Shown: positions 26,086 through 37,905 of the stretch, piece after piece
Position numbering within the stretch: the stretch's first letter is position 1
Layout: each line of letters begins with the position of its first letter
Source of the DNA: Mobula hypostoma
Lineage: Eukaryota
Reading direction: 5' to 3'
NCBI RefSeq assembly: GCF_963921235.1
Contig: NC_086097.1
Location: 201,254,001-201,318,000 of the forward strand
Length of the DNA stretch: 64,000 bases
Notes under the pieces: generated by a model
The model's input: the letters and a program-made list of their open reading frames with translations, nothing else
Told to the model about the DNA's origin: nothing
The model's database searches: none
Program-made: the position numbers and the translations under genes

Positions 26086-26854
26086 TAGCAAAGTAGCTGT
26101 GAGAATTTTTTTTTATGTTATGTCCACTCCTTTAAAGCGTCTCAAATACTAATGTCATCCAAAATGCAAGTCTGTGGAATGAGAATGCTGAGAAGAAAAT
26201 AATTAAAAAGATTGTAAAATCACTTTTAATTACCATGTGTTGAAAATATCATTCAAAATACCATGTATATTTACCATGTTATACCTATAACTTTGCAAAT
26301 TTGTGGCATGCCATTACTTCCAGGTTGATATCACAAAGGGAATTTCATACATTCATAAGTGAAAGAATCTCATTAAATTTCCGGTAATTGTTTCAAAGAA
26401 ACATAGGCCACACTTGCTGAAATTAATACATAAGAATTTTGTCTTTCAATATATGAACCATATTCTATTATCCATTGCCAGAAATTCTTCATCATGAATA
26501 GTAACCGAAAATGTATTTATAATCAAACAATCTACAAGCATCTGTATCTTTAATATTTTAAGTAAATTGATTAATTACAAAAGATTGAAAGTAAATTAGA
26601 CTTTTCTTTGAAAATTTTCCCCGACCTCCCACAGTGAGGCCTGAGCACCGACCCGCCTCAGTTCAGAGGGATAACCTCTATCTTCACCCTGTGTTAGAGG
26701 GCCCTCAGCAGTTTGAATAATCATAGAGAATTTTCTCCTATTTATGTCTCGACCATATTGCTATCATTCAAGTTATTCCGCCTAGATTATTTTCAGTTAC
26801 CAGTTTTCATTTTACTTTTAAGTCCGATTTACTCTTTTCAGTCATTTCTCTTAA

Positions 26855-27829
26855 TTAATCTGTATTCTCTGTACATTCGCATCTGAATATTTGCAGCTTT
26901 TCCTTGTAGTTTGACACTCTGGTTCGAGTGGAGCATCCTCGCCCCACTAACTGCCACGACTTCTGCCGAATCCTCTCCAGTAGCGACTCCGGTTGGGTGA
27001 TAACTTTAATAGGTAGTCCCCGGTCCGCCAGGTCCGACGTTGCCTCCTCCACCGTAGCGTAAGTTTTTGTCCCTTCGTCGTAAAAGACTCTCAGCCGAGC
27101 TGGATACAGGGTCTGGAATCTGATGTTGTTTTCCTTCAGGACTCTCCGTGTTTCCGTATATTCCTTCCGTCTGGCAAAAATCCCCGGTGCGTAGTCGTGG
27201 TCTAAACTGATTTTACAGTTGTTCCACATGAAACCTTTCTTTTGCCATGCTCTTTTAAGCACTTCTTCCTTCGTTCTGTAACTGAGAAATCTGATCAGAA
27301 TCGATCTGGGCTGGGTGCCTGCCGGAGGCTGTGGTGCCAACGCACGGTGAGCCCTTTCTATCTGTAGGTCTTTTGCGGCCGGTATATCAAGGTTCTCTCT
27401 AAGCAGCTTCTCCACGAAGGGAATCATCAATCCGGGTTTACCTTCGGTTCCTTCGGGAACTCCGTAGATCCTCACATTTTCCCTTCTCGAGCGGCCTTCT
27501 TGATCTATTAGTTGGTCTTGTAGCTTCAGCATTTCTGCTATCACTTCCTCGGCATTTTGTAGCTTCTCTTCAATTCCAACAATCCTCGCTTCGGCTTCAT
27601 CTATCCACGAGTTAGTTTTTACTATTTCTCCTTTAATATCTTCCAGCTGTTTGCTGTTATCTTGTCGGAACTCGTGAATCTCTCCGAGAATCAAAGACAG
27701 AGTCACCGATTCCCCCTCATTATCTCTGTCCTGGCTTGCCGTGGGAGAGCTAGGCCCTTCGCCTTGCTGCATCTCTTTATGTTTATCAGCCTTCGAAGCA
27801 GACTTTTTATTCTTGTTCTTAGACATCAT
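26855..27829 (-). CDS. L1 ORF1p (coiled coil, RRM, CTD), 324 aa, uninterrupted
   Basis: Motifs EGRSRRENVRIYGVPE, IERAHR, PRSILIRF, LYPARLRV typical of vertebrate L1 ORF1p. Confidence 0.9.
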   Translation of the reverse strand: MMSKNKNKKSASKADKHKEMQQGEGPSSPTASQDRDNEGESVTLSLILGEIHEFRQDNSKQLEDIKGEIVKTNSWIDEAEARIVGIEEKLQNAEEVIAEMLKLQDQLIDQEGRSRRENVRIYGVPEGTEGKPGLMIPFVEKLLRENLDIPAAKDLQIERAHRALAPQPPAGTQPRSILIRFLSYRTKEEVLKRAWQKKGFMWNNCKISLDHDYAPGIFARRKEYTETRRVLKENNIRFQTLYPARLRVFYDEGTKTYATVEEATSDLADRGLPIKVITQPESLLERIRQKSWQLVGRGCSTRTRVSNYKEKLQIFRCECTENTD

Positions 27830-27929
27830 CCTTGCCCCTTTTATTAATATAGTTATGCAATATTAAGTATTTGTCTAAATTCGATTTTGGGGCAGTTTAC
27901 CTTCTTTTTTGTCGAGAGACCTTTTCCTT

Positions 27930-27965
27930 ACGCCGCCATTCCCTTGATGACCCGGAAGTCCTCCC
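27930..27965 (-). promoter_or_regulatory. L1 internal promoter head with ETS-like (ACTTCCGG) and YY1-like (AATGGCGGC) motifs
   Basis: Minus strand begins gggaggacttccgggtcatcaagggaatggcggcg immediately after the TSD; function is inferred. Confidence 0.5.
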
Positions 27966-30900
27966 GTAAATTAGACTTTTCTAAAGTGAACATCGAACAG
28001 CATGGCAATGATAATCTCAATTAACTTTTAGTTCTACAATTTGAAAAGTCATATGCTCTTGACATTGCACACCAACAATGAAAAGAACAGTTATTGCCAG
28101 TAAAAATGTTTTCATATTTCGCAGATTTCTTTAGTTTTACATTACATAACTGCATTCATATTATATTATGCTGTCCCTAGATTTCTACAGTACCATAATT
28201 CCTTATATAACCATCCGCATAAAAAGTGAGTAAAATTCTTCACAAGTTCAGGCATTAGCATCCTCCAACTGTAGAATTGTTCACTCTCAAATCTTTTGCA
28301 CCTCAATAACCCATTTAAAGTTGTTGCACAGAGATATGTGGTGGATTGAGCTTCACTGCCTCTTCATCTTTTGAACTAATGTATTCTTGATCACCGTTTA
28401 ATGAAACTATATACCACATGGAGTTTCCACATTAGATAAGCAATGTGACTCTCTCATCAAGCAAGTAGCTGTGGCTGTTAGTAATCTTTCAGATTCAGAG
28501 TTTGAGACTAGCAGTCTTCTTGATTTAAATAAACCCTTTTAACTATAAAAAATTAACATGACAGTATTACCAAAAATCATTTTAAATTTTTATTTTGCTA
28601 AATATTCTAGCTGCTGTGAAAAAAGTAAAACATGCATTGAAAATATAAAACATTAACTGGTCACTGAGGGGATCCAATTTACAGCCTGTGGAGACAACTC
28701 ACATGGCTCACTGACACTGGCATTATCAGGTTTGTGGAGGGCACTCACCACAGCTAAATGCCATAAGGCAACAGAGATTTTCTACTGATGCAAATAAAGA
28801 TATTTATTCCTCAACCACAGTTTAATACTGTCCCTGTTTACAGCTTATATGTATTGATGGACACAGTCCATGCTCAGAAACAGAGAAACACACATCTCAC
28901 TTCACAAAAAAAAGCCATTACTAACCTTAAGAGACTAAGGAACCATTATACACACACGGAAATTTTTAAAAAACTATCAGTTTTATTAATTCAACAAATG
29001 CTATGATATTAGTACAATGTTATGAATTAACTCAGTTTCACTCCTATAGAAAAAGTAATGACTACTATTGCATTAGAACATTGAATTTGACTGGGAGCCC
29101 TCAAATCTCAACAGTGATTGAAAGTCACACTCCAGCTTTCTTTAAATAGTGCGCTTCACTAGCTTAGTCAGGTTCTTTTGAGGAAGATGGGAAAAGGACT
29201 GCCATGCACTTCATCCACTGTTCAAACATGTCTTTTTATAAATTAATTTCCGCTCATCTAGATATGTGTTACATGAGGTCAACCATCTGCTTTGTCTGGG
29301 GAAGATAATTTGTGGAAATAATACTGGAATGGTAGAAAAAAGGAATGAAAAAAGAAATAAAATTAGATAAATAGTTAAATATTTTCTACAGGTTTCTGAA
29401 CATTCTTCTCTAAAACCTACCGTATTTCTATATCAGATGGCCAATGAAACACTATTTCTTTACACCCATTCTAGTGTAAATCTTGTAGCTACACACATAA
29501 TGGTGCAGCAAAGATATCATGTTCCACAAATGTCAGTGAGTGCATTTTTGCAAATCATAAAGCAACAGTGCCCTGAGATCTATTCTTTCATGCTGCATCT
29601 ACACAAGAGCACTAGTTTATATAATCAATCACCTCACCTTATGTTTATCATTTATGAAAAATGAATATCGGAGAGACTGTGGCTATTGACTATCTCAAAA
29701 CTCTAACTAGATAATTCTGTTCTTTTCAATTACATTTTCTAACTAGTTGCTGTGGGCAAATTATCAAAACACACTGATGATGATTAACAGTAGTTCTGAA
29801 AATTTAATAGGCAAATCCATTGTTCACTTCAACATAAACCATTTGAAGTCCAAGTTCAATTCCTAGATTGGGTATGAACTAATTCTATTGGGCAGCAGGT
29901 GCGTTTCTGCCACTATCCTCAGTGCTACTGGATTAACAAAGAGAAAAATAAAACAGTTATCCGTTCTTGATCACTGATCTGTGATCTATAGTGAGAAAGA
30001 TACTTCAGTATAAACAACACTTGCTCAACTCTGATATTCAATGAATAGCCTCCCCATAGTCTCTCATCTCTATGAAATCAAGTAGGAGATGCTTCTGGTA
30101 TGGCGTAATTCTTCAGGAGAGCAGTGGTGCAGGAAATGGAATAAAAAAGGCTGATGCTTTATAGACAGGGTACAAAATTTCCCTCCAAAATTGAGTTTTT
30201 CTTCAGGTTTATTAACATATAAGGGGAAAAGTACCTTGAAGTCTTGCAATAACAAGGATTTATACATAATTTACAGCACAGAAACAAATAACTTGACCAA
30301 ACTGGTCCATCTAATCATTTATGCTCTATTTGAGCTTCTTCTAACTATATTTCAAGCTCACATTATCAGCCACTCATACTCACTACCTGTACTCCACTCC
30401 TCCAAAATTATCTTAAGCAAATCAGTAAGACTAGCCTCAATAACCCAGATGGTTGAGGTGACAAATGAAGCAAGATATTGAATAATGAAATTGATGTTAG
30501 TGAGTCAGAAGAAACCCATCCATGGGAATATTTTGACAACTGACAAGAGCCTAACTTTGTTATGTGTCAAAGTTATCAATGTTTATCAATACTTGTGAAA
30601 AGTTTTGAAGTATTTTTAATTACTTCATTATTCTCCATGGTGTGAGTCCATGGAGCTCTCTAATCGTTCATCAGGTCCATTACAACGTGTGGAATCCCAG
30701 AAGATTGGACTGTGCTGTAGGATCAACTTCATGTGAAATAGAATCGATTCAAGAGTCAAGAGTGAATGAAAGGTACACAACAGAGTAAATGATAGCTAAG
30801 TCCACACCTTATTATGAATCTGAATAATTCTGAGATGTACTTGTGGATAATATCTAAATTCTGATGATAGTTAAATAACTCGGGTTTTAAGGGAAAATAA

Positions 30901-31330
30901 ATAAATTAATTCCATTTCACATCTGGGGAATTAATCTGTTATTTATTCAATACTTTGGACATGATACTGTGGGACCTGAGGAGACAAAGAGGATACCCTC
31001 TAACCACCGGGTATCAGGATACCCAGAGGCTTTCAAAGCAATAGCCCTGGAGTTATACACCAGTACTGCAGCCCCCAAGGATTGGATGTATTTCCGACCA
31101 TCAATACCTTTCAACCAGAACTCATTCTTATCATTCATATCCTCTAACACACAATCTCACACATCACTGTTGGACATACTGCACCCTTATCTCAGAGTCT
31201 GCATACTCTGCCAGCTATTCAACCATAATTGCAATTTCATCAAAGTGCATTGTAAGACCTTCCGCTGACACTCTTCATTTCCACTAGATGAGGTGATGTA
31301 TTACCTGAAACACAGCAACAAACCGGAGAG

Positions 31331-34300
31331 ACACGAGGAATTCTACAGATGCTGGAAATTCAAGCAACACACATCAATGTTGCTGGTGAATGCAGCAGGC
31401 CAGGCAGCATCTCTAGGAAGAGGTACAGTTGATGTTTTGGGCCGAGACCCTGCGTCGGGACTAACTAAAGGAAGAGCTAGTAAGAGATTTGAAAGTGGGG
31501 TGGGGGGAGATCCAAAATGATGGGAGAAGACAGGAGGGGGAAGGATGGAGCCAAGAGCTGGACAGGTGATTGGCAAAAGGGATATGAGAGAATCATGGGA
31601 CAGGAGGCCCAGGGAGAAGGAAAGAGGGGAGGGGGGGAAAAAAACCCAGAGGATGGGCAAGGGGTATAGTCAGAGGGACAGAGGGAGAAAAAGGAGAGAG
31701 AGAGAAAGAATGTGTGTATATAAATTGTTGTTGTTGTTCGTCCTTCGTAGTTGAAGATGACCATAGCTTCAAAGTCAAATGGGAGATTGGTGGCTGTGGG
31801 TCCGGAGGTGACTGATGAGGCCAATCCGGGCCCTGAAGGCTCACCCACATGTGGGACACAAGTGGGTGGGTGCTGTCGTGGCAGTGAATGCTGCTCAGGC
31901 CTTGCGCACAGCACGCTTTCGTTGCACCTCGATGATGCGCCTGACTTCAGCTGCACGGGCTCCTGTGGTGATCTTGCTGCGCCAAGCTGGACGGTCGAGG
32001 GCAAGCGTCTCCCACGTGTTGATGTTGACACCCAGGCCTTTGAGGGACGCTTTAAGGCAGTCTTTGTAACGTTTCTTCTGCCCCCCCCGACTGAGCGCTT
32101 GCCCTGACACAGTTCTCCGTACAGCAGCTGCTTAGGCAATCGGCTGTCTGGCATTCTGACCACACATCCAGCCCACCTGGCTTGGGCTTTCAGCAGGAGG
32201 GTGTAGACGCTGCAGAGCCCAGCTCGTTCCAGGATTTCCATGTCGGGGACTTTGTCCTGCCACCTGATGTGGAGGAGTCTGCGGAGACAGCTCAGGTGAA
32301 AGTGGTTGAGCTGTTTGGCGTGTCTGCTATAGACAGTCCAGGTCTCGCTGGCGTAAAGGAGGATGGTAAGGACCACTGGACAGTAGACCTTCAGCTTGGT
32401 GGTAAGGCTGAGTCCTCTCCGCTCCCAGACGTTCTCACGGAGTCTCCCAAAGGCGGCGCTGGCTTTAGCAATCCTGTTGTTGACCTCAGCGTCTATGTTC
32501 ACTGCACGAGAGAGTATGCTGCCCAGGTAGGTGAAGTTGTCGACTGCCTGGAGGTTCTGGCCCTTCACCGTGATGCGCGGCTCCTGGTATGGCTTTCCTG
32601 GGGCAGGCTGGTACATAACTTCAGTCTTTTGGGTGCTGATTGTGAGACCGAAGTTGTCGCAGGCTTGTGAGAAGCAGTCCATTTCACGCTGCATCTCCTG
32701 CTCTGTGCTGGCGTTGAGTGCGCAGTCATCAGCAAACAAGAAGTCTCTGATGACAGTCTCTCGCACCTTTGTAACTGCCTGCAGGCGCCTAAGGTTGAAC
32801 AACCTGCCATCAGTCCTGTACCTGACGTGGATTCCTTCTTTGTAGTTACGGAAGGCATCTGTCAGCATGGCAGAGAATACCATACCGAACAGAGTCGGGG
32901 CAAGAACGCAGCCTTGTTTGACGCCATTTGTCACTGGAAAGGCCTCCGACTCCTATCACTAATAGCAACTGTGAATTAGTGAGCGCGGAGACACCCAGCC
33001 GAGGTCGAGTCGACACCGGGTCGTGAGTGCTGAGACTCCCATCCGAGGCCGCCGAACTGACACTGGACCTATTATACAGGTATATAAATAAATAACGGAT
33101 GGGGTACGAGGGGGAGGTGGGGCATTAACAGAAGTTAAAGAAGTCAATGTTCATGCCGTCAGGTTGGAGGCTACCCACACCTAATATAAGGTGTGGTTCC
33201 ACCAACCTGAGTGTGGTTTCATCTTTACAGTAGAGGAGGCCGTGCATAGACATATCAGAATGGGAATGGGATGTGGAATTAAAATGTGTGGCCACTGGGA
33301 GATCCTGCTTTCTCTGGCGGACAGAGCATAGGTGTTCAGCAAAACGATCTCCCAGTCTGCATTGGGTCTCGCCAATATATAGAAGGCCACATCGGGAGCA
33401 GCGGACGCAGTATATCACCCCAGCCGACTCACAGGTGAAGTGTCGCCTCACCTGGAAGGACTGTCTGGGGCCCTGAATGGTGGTAAGGGAGGAAGTGTAA
33501 GGGCATGTGTAGCACTTGTTCCACTTACAAGGATAAGTGCCAGGAGGGAGACTATAAGCCTACTGACTCTCACAGCTATCTCGACTATTCCTCTTCTCAC
33601 CCTGTCTCTTGCAAAAATGCCATCCCTTTCTCGCGATTCCTCCAACTCCGCCGCATCTGCTCTCAGGATGAGGCTTTTCATTCCAGGACAAGGGAGATGT
33701 CCTTTTTTAAAGAAAGGGGCTTCCCTTCCTCCACCATCAACTCTGCTCTCAAATGCATCTTCCCCATTTCACGCACATCTGCTCTCACTCCATCCTCCCG
33801 TCACCCCACTAGGGAATAGGGCTCTCCTGGTCCTCACCTACCACCCCACCAGCCTCCGGGTCCAACATATTATTCTCCGTAACTTTTGCCACCTCCAACT
33901 AAGCACATCTTTCCCTCCCTCACTCTCTCTGCTTTCCACAGGGATCGCTCCCTCCGCGACTCTCTTGTCCATTCGTCCTCCCCACTGATCTCCCTCCTGG
34001 CACTTATCCTTGTAAGCGGAACAAGTGCTACACATGCCCTTACACTTTCTCCCTTACCACCATTCAGAGCCCCAGACAGTCCTTCCAGGTGAGGCGACAC
34101 TTCACCTGTGAGTTGGCTGGGCTGATATACTGCGTCCGGTGCTCCCGATATGGCCTTCTATATACTGGTGAGGCCTGACGCAGACTGGGAGATTGTTTTG
34201 CTGAACACCTATGCTCTGTCCGCCAGAGAAAGCAGGATCTCCCAGTGGCCACACATTTTAATTCCACATCCCACTCCCATTCTGATATGTCTATCCATGG

Positions 34301-34806
34301 CCTCCTCTACTGTTAAGATGAAGCCACACTCAGGTTGGAGGAACAGCAACTTATATTCCGTCTGGGTAGCCTCCAACCTGATGGCATGAACATTGACTTC
34401 TCTAACTTTCACTATTGCCCCACCTCCCCCTCGTACCCCATCCGTTATTTATTTATATACACACACATTCCTTCTCTCTCTCTCCTTTTTCTCCCTCTGC
34501 CCCTCTGACTATACCCTTTGCCCATCCTCTGGGTTTTTTTCCCCCCTCCCCCCTTTACTTCTCCCTGGGCCTCCTGTCCCATGATTCTCTCACATCCCTT
34601 TTGCCAATTAACTGTCCAGCTCTTGGCTCCATCCCTCCCCCTCCTGTCTTCTCATATCATTTTGGATCTCCCCCTCCCCCTTCCACTTTCAAATTTCTTA
34701 CTAGCTCTTCCTTCAGTTAGTCCGGCCCGAAACGTCGACTGTACCTCTTCCTAGAGATGCTGCCTGGCCTGCTGCGTTCACCAGCAACTTTGATGTGTGT
34801 TGCTTG
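31331..34806. mobile_element. Penelope-like element with inverted (fold-back) arms and 14-bp TSD
   Basis: TSD aacaaaccggagag at 31317-31330 and 34807-34820; left arm on minus strand (GIY-YIG ORF 33125-33451), right arm on plus strand from 33551 (YKPTDSHSYLDY, GIY-YIG remnant); inversion junction at 33550/33551. Confidence 0.92.
31726..33079 (-). mobile_element. RTE LINE 3' fragment with 10-bp TSD and unexplained 5' extension
   Basis: GVKQGCVLAPTLF, LFADD, YLGS, C-terminal C2H2 remnant; (CAA)n tail; TSD gtatataaat at 31716-31725 and 33080-33089; empty site visible in the right arm at about 34441-34470. Confidence 0.9.
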
Positions 34807-34989
34807 AACAAACCGGAGAGGTTTCTTGTATCGGTGTGTTCTAAGTCCTCTGAAGGATGCAACTCTGGCCGTCATTAAAAATGCCTTTCTGAAGCCGCAT
34901 TCAGGGGCATGGACTAGAACCGCTGGAAATGTGTCCTTAAACTTAGCAAGATATAGGAGTAGAACTATGCCTCAAACGAGCCTGCGCTG

Positions 34990-35270
34990 CTATTGCACCA
35001 TGGCTGACTTACCATCCCTCTCAACCCCATTCTACAGCTCTCTTCCTGTAACCGTTGATGCCCTTATTAATCAAGAACCTGTCAACCTCCACTCAAAATA
35101 TATCCTATGACTTGGCCTCCACGGGCATCTGTAGTAATGAATTCCACAGTTTCACCATTCTGTGGTTAAAGAAATTCCTCCTCATCTCTGTTCTAAAGGG
35201 ACGTCCTTCTATTCTGAGGCTGTTCCCTCTGGACCAAAACTCCCTCACCATAGGAAACATCCTCTTCATA
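34990..35270 (-). mobile_element. CR1 3' fragment
   Basis: ccatggctgac...aagaaattcctcctcatctctgttctaaa, antisense CR1 ORF2 end and 3' UTR. Confidence 0.7.
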
Positions 35271-36859
35271 CAATATACACTCTGTGTATCAGTAGTTAAT
35301 CAGCTACTGACAACTACCTCTTTCTCGATTGCACCTTTCCTTGCAGTCTTACCAGTTACTGAATGTGTAAGCTTGTAAAATTTATTTCTATAAACCACTT
35401 CCCAAAACACAATTTTACCCCACATATCCAAGAGTGCAATCCAAGCAGCAAATCAACAATGTTGATGGCAGCTATCATTCAGTTTCACACTTACAACGCC
35501 ACCTTAGATTCTAGCATAGTGTATAAACTTGTGGAAATGACAGAGTCAGGATTGTACATGATTAGCAAGCAAAACATAGGTGCCAGTTTCTGGAGGGGAA
35601 GGTTACACTTGCATGTTGGTACAGGTTCCTCATATTTTTATTTCAATGGGGCAAGCCACAGGAGTAGATTGACGGTATACACAATTAGATTCCTGGAGTA
35701 GTGGGGATCGTGCTGGAAAGCCTGTTTGAGAATGGTGATGTATCCCATTTACACACAATTAGAACCGCAAGCACAATATAGCATATGCTGCCTGACATTG
35801 CAGCGCAGGTCAGACTACTCACCATCAAAATGTGGCTACAAAAGCTCGCAAACTTAGACTGCTTCTATAATGATTTATGATTACAGAGGGATTTGCAAGA
35901 CGACATTACCCTCAGTAAATTAGCCCGAAGGGGATGATTGTGGCTTCCTGAATGTTCTTTCCTTGAAGTTGCAAATGGCACACTACACCAGGGGAAATAT
36001 ACAATCCATGTGCTGATTTCTGCTAATGGAGGATAAAATGTTGACACAGATAGCTTTGTTTGATGAAAAAAAAACATAACTAACCTCAGCTACCCAATTG
36101 TGAATTCCAAACATTTTCCTTTGCAGTCTGGTCTGAGTCAGACCATGTTGGTTGTCTTAACCATGTTGACAAATTGGTCCTTGCCTTACTCAAAGGTTAC
36201 AGTTGCTGCTGTAGCACGTGGTATATCACAGTACAGGTGCCCTTATGGAAGCCCAGCCATCTCACAGATCATTCCTCATTGAGGTTTAAACAGAACACCA
36301 TGAGCAAATATGCTGAGAGATTTTTGTCAGTTTACATTCTCCATCTTCTAGTATCCTGTCCTGCTTTGCATGTTGTCTGATCTCCAACATTCTTAATTTT
36401 AAGGAGAGTACCTGCTAATGCACTAATGACTGCCAGCACCTGTTTGGCAGGAACCTCAAGTTACCAAAAAAAGGCTTTTTGTACCTGCCACTCGACCTAA
36501 AACAGCAATCAGCTAATTGCTACAGCAGAAAGCACCAAGCAGTCATGGCAAGTTCAAAATAGGTTAGCCTTTCTGATAATGATAGTAAAAGGCTCTTCTT
36601 GCTGGTTACACATTGTTCAAACATTTAGCATCAAGCATGAGAGCATTAACTTTCAAAATCATTCATTATACTGTGCCTAATCCCCGTACTTCCACAAGAT
36701 GAACAATAGATGCCCAACATTACAAATTTCATGTTCACCAATACAATAACCCAAGTAAGATGACAAGAAAAATATATCATCAGTTACTTCCTTCAAAAAA
36801 ATAAAATACAAGTGCAATGCTTACTTAATAAAAATAAAAATTACTTAATACAAACTGTT

Positions 36860-37905
36860 GACACAAGAGATTGCAGATGCTGGAATCTGGAACAACAGAA
36901 AAGGCACTGGAGAAGCTCATCAGGTTCGGTGGCATCTATGGAGGGAAATGGTCAATCGACATTTTGAGTCAAGATTCTTCAAATGGACTGGAAGAAAAGG
37001 TAGGTAGCTAGTATAAAGGGGGGATGAAGTAGAGCAAGAACTAGATAAGCGAATCCAGGTGAGGAGAAGTGACAGGCAAATGAGGGCAGATATAATTCCA
37101 GAAAGTGGGAGGTGGTAGTTAGAAGTGAAAAAGGGCTGAAGATGATGAAATTTAATAAGTGAAGCATGGAACAAAGGGAAGGAAGGAAGAGGGGAACCGT
37201 TGGGTGGAGTGTGTGGATGATGGGCAGATGCAAAGGGAGGGTGAGGGGCATGATACAGTGTGACAGAGATCAGTCGGATCAGGAGGAGAGAGAAAAATAA
37301 GAAAAAGTGATAAAAGGACAAAGGGGGAACCATTACTGGAAGTTTGAGGATTTGATGTTCATGCTCCCAGACTGAACTGCCCAGCAGAATGAGCTATTGT
37401 TTCTCTAATGATCATTTGGTCATGACCTGGTAGTGATGGAGATGATGGACAGGCATGTCAATGTGGGAATATGAAGTGCATTTGAAATGGCTGGCCACTG
37501 GGAGATACTGGCTGGAATGGTGGATGGATTTGGAGATGGTCGACAAAGCGGCCAATGTCCCTATGTTTTTCCCCTCCCCTATCCTTCTCTCTCTAACTGC
37601 CCATCACCAACCCATTTCTCCCACCAATTCTCCTCCCCATCTCTCTCCCTTTCTTCAATGCTCCACCTTTCTCTCCTATTAAATTACATCATCTTCAACT
37701 CTTTGTCGCTTCCATATATTGCCTCCCAGCTTCTGACATCATTCCCACCTTCATCTATCTATTACCCACTCACCTGGATTCACCTATCTCCTGCTAGTTC
37801 CTTTTCCACCCCTTCTCTTCATCTCTTTATACTCACTATCGCTCTTTCTTTAGTCCCAATGAAGGGTCTCAACCCAAAACGTTGACTGTCTGTGTTGCTC
37901 CAGTG
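36860..37905. mobile_element. Older fold-back Penelope remnant
   Basis: Purine-rich left arm starting gcagatgctggaatc and pyrimidine-rich right arm ending gaagggtctcaacccaaaacgttgactg; GIY-YIG tail remnant at 37330-37550. Confidence 0.65.

Larger units (their letters stand above)
26608..27965 (-). mobile_element. ORF1-only L1-clade element (HAL1-like or 3'-truncated L1) with 17-bp TSD
   Basis: Perfect TSD gtaaattagacttttct at 26591-26607 and 27966-27982; 5' UTR, intact ORF1, 247-nt trailer; no ORF2 and no poly(A). Confidence 0.9.

Noticed and set aside
29850..29990. Possible tRNA-derived SINE head (agttcaattcc box B-like)
   Set aside because: Too diverged to support a call by eye
30947..31290. 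ORFs 30969-31268 and 30947-31150 as coding sequence
   Set aside because: No recognisable motif or splice signals; possibly an old repeat
31477..32934. 485-aa ORF as an intact RT-fusion gene
   Set aside because: It is RTE RT only to about 32090; a frameshift in a G run then carries it out of frame through the tail into Penelope sequence
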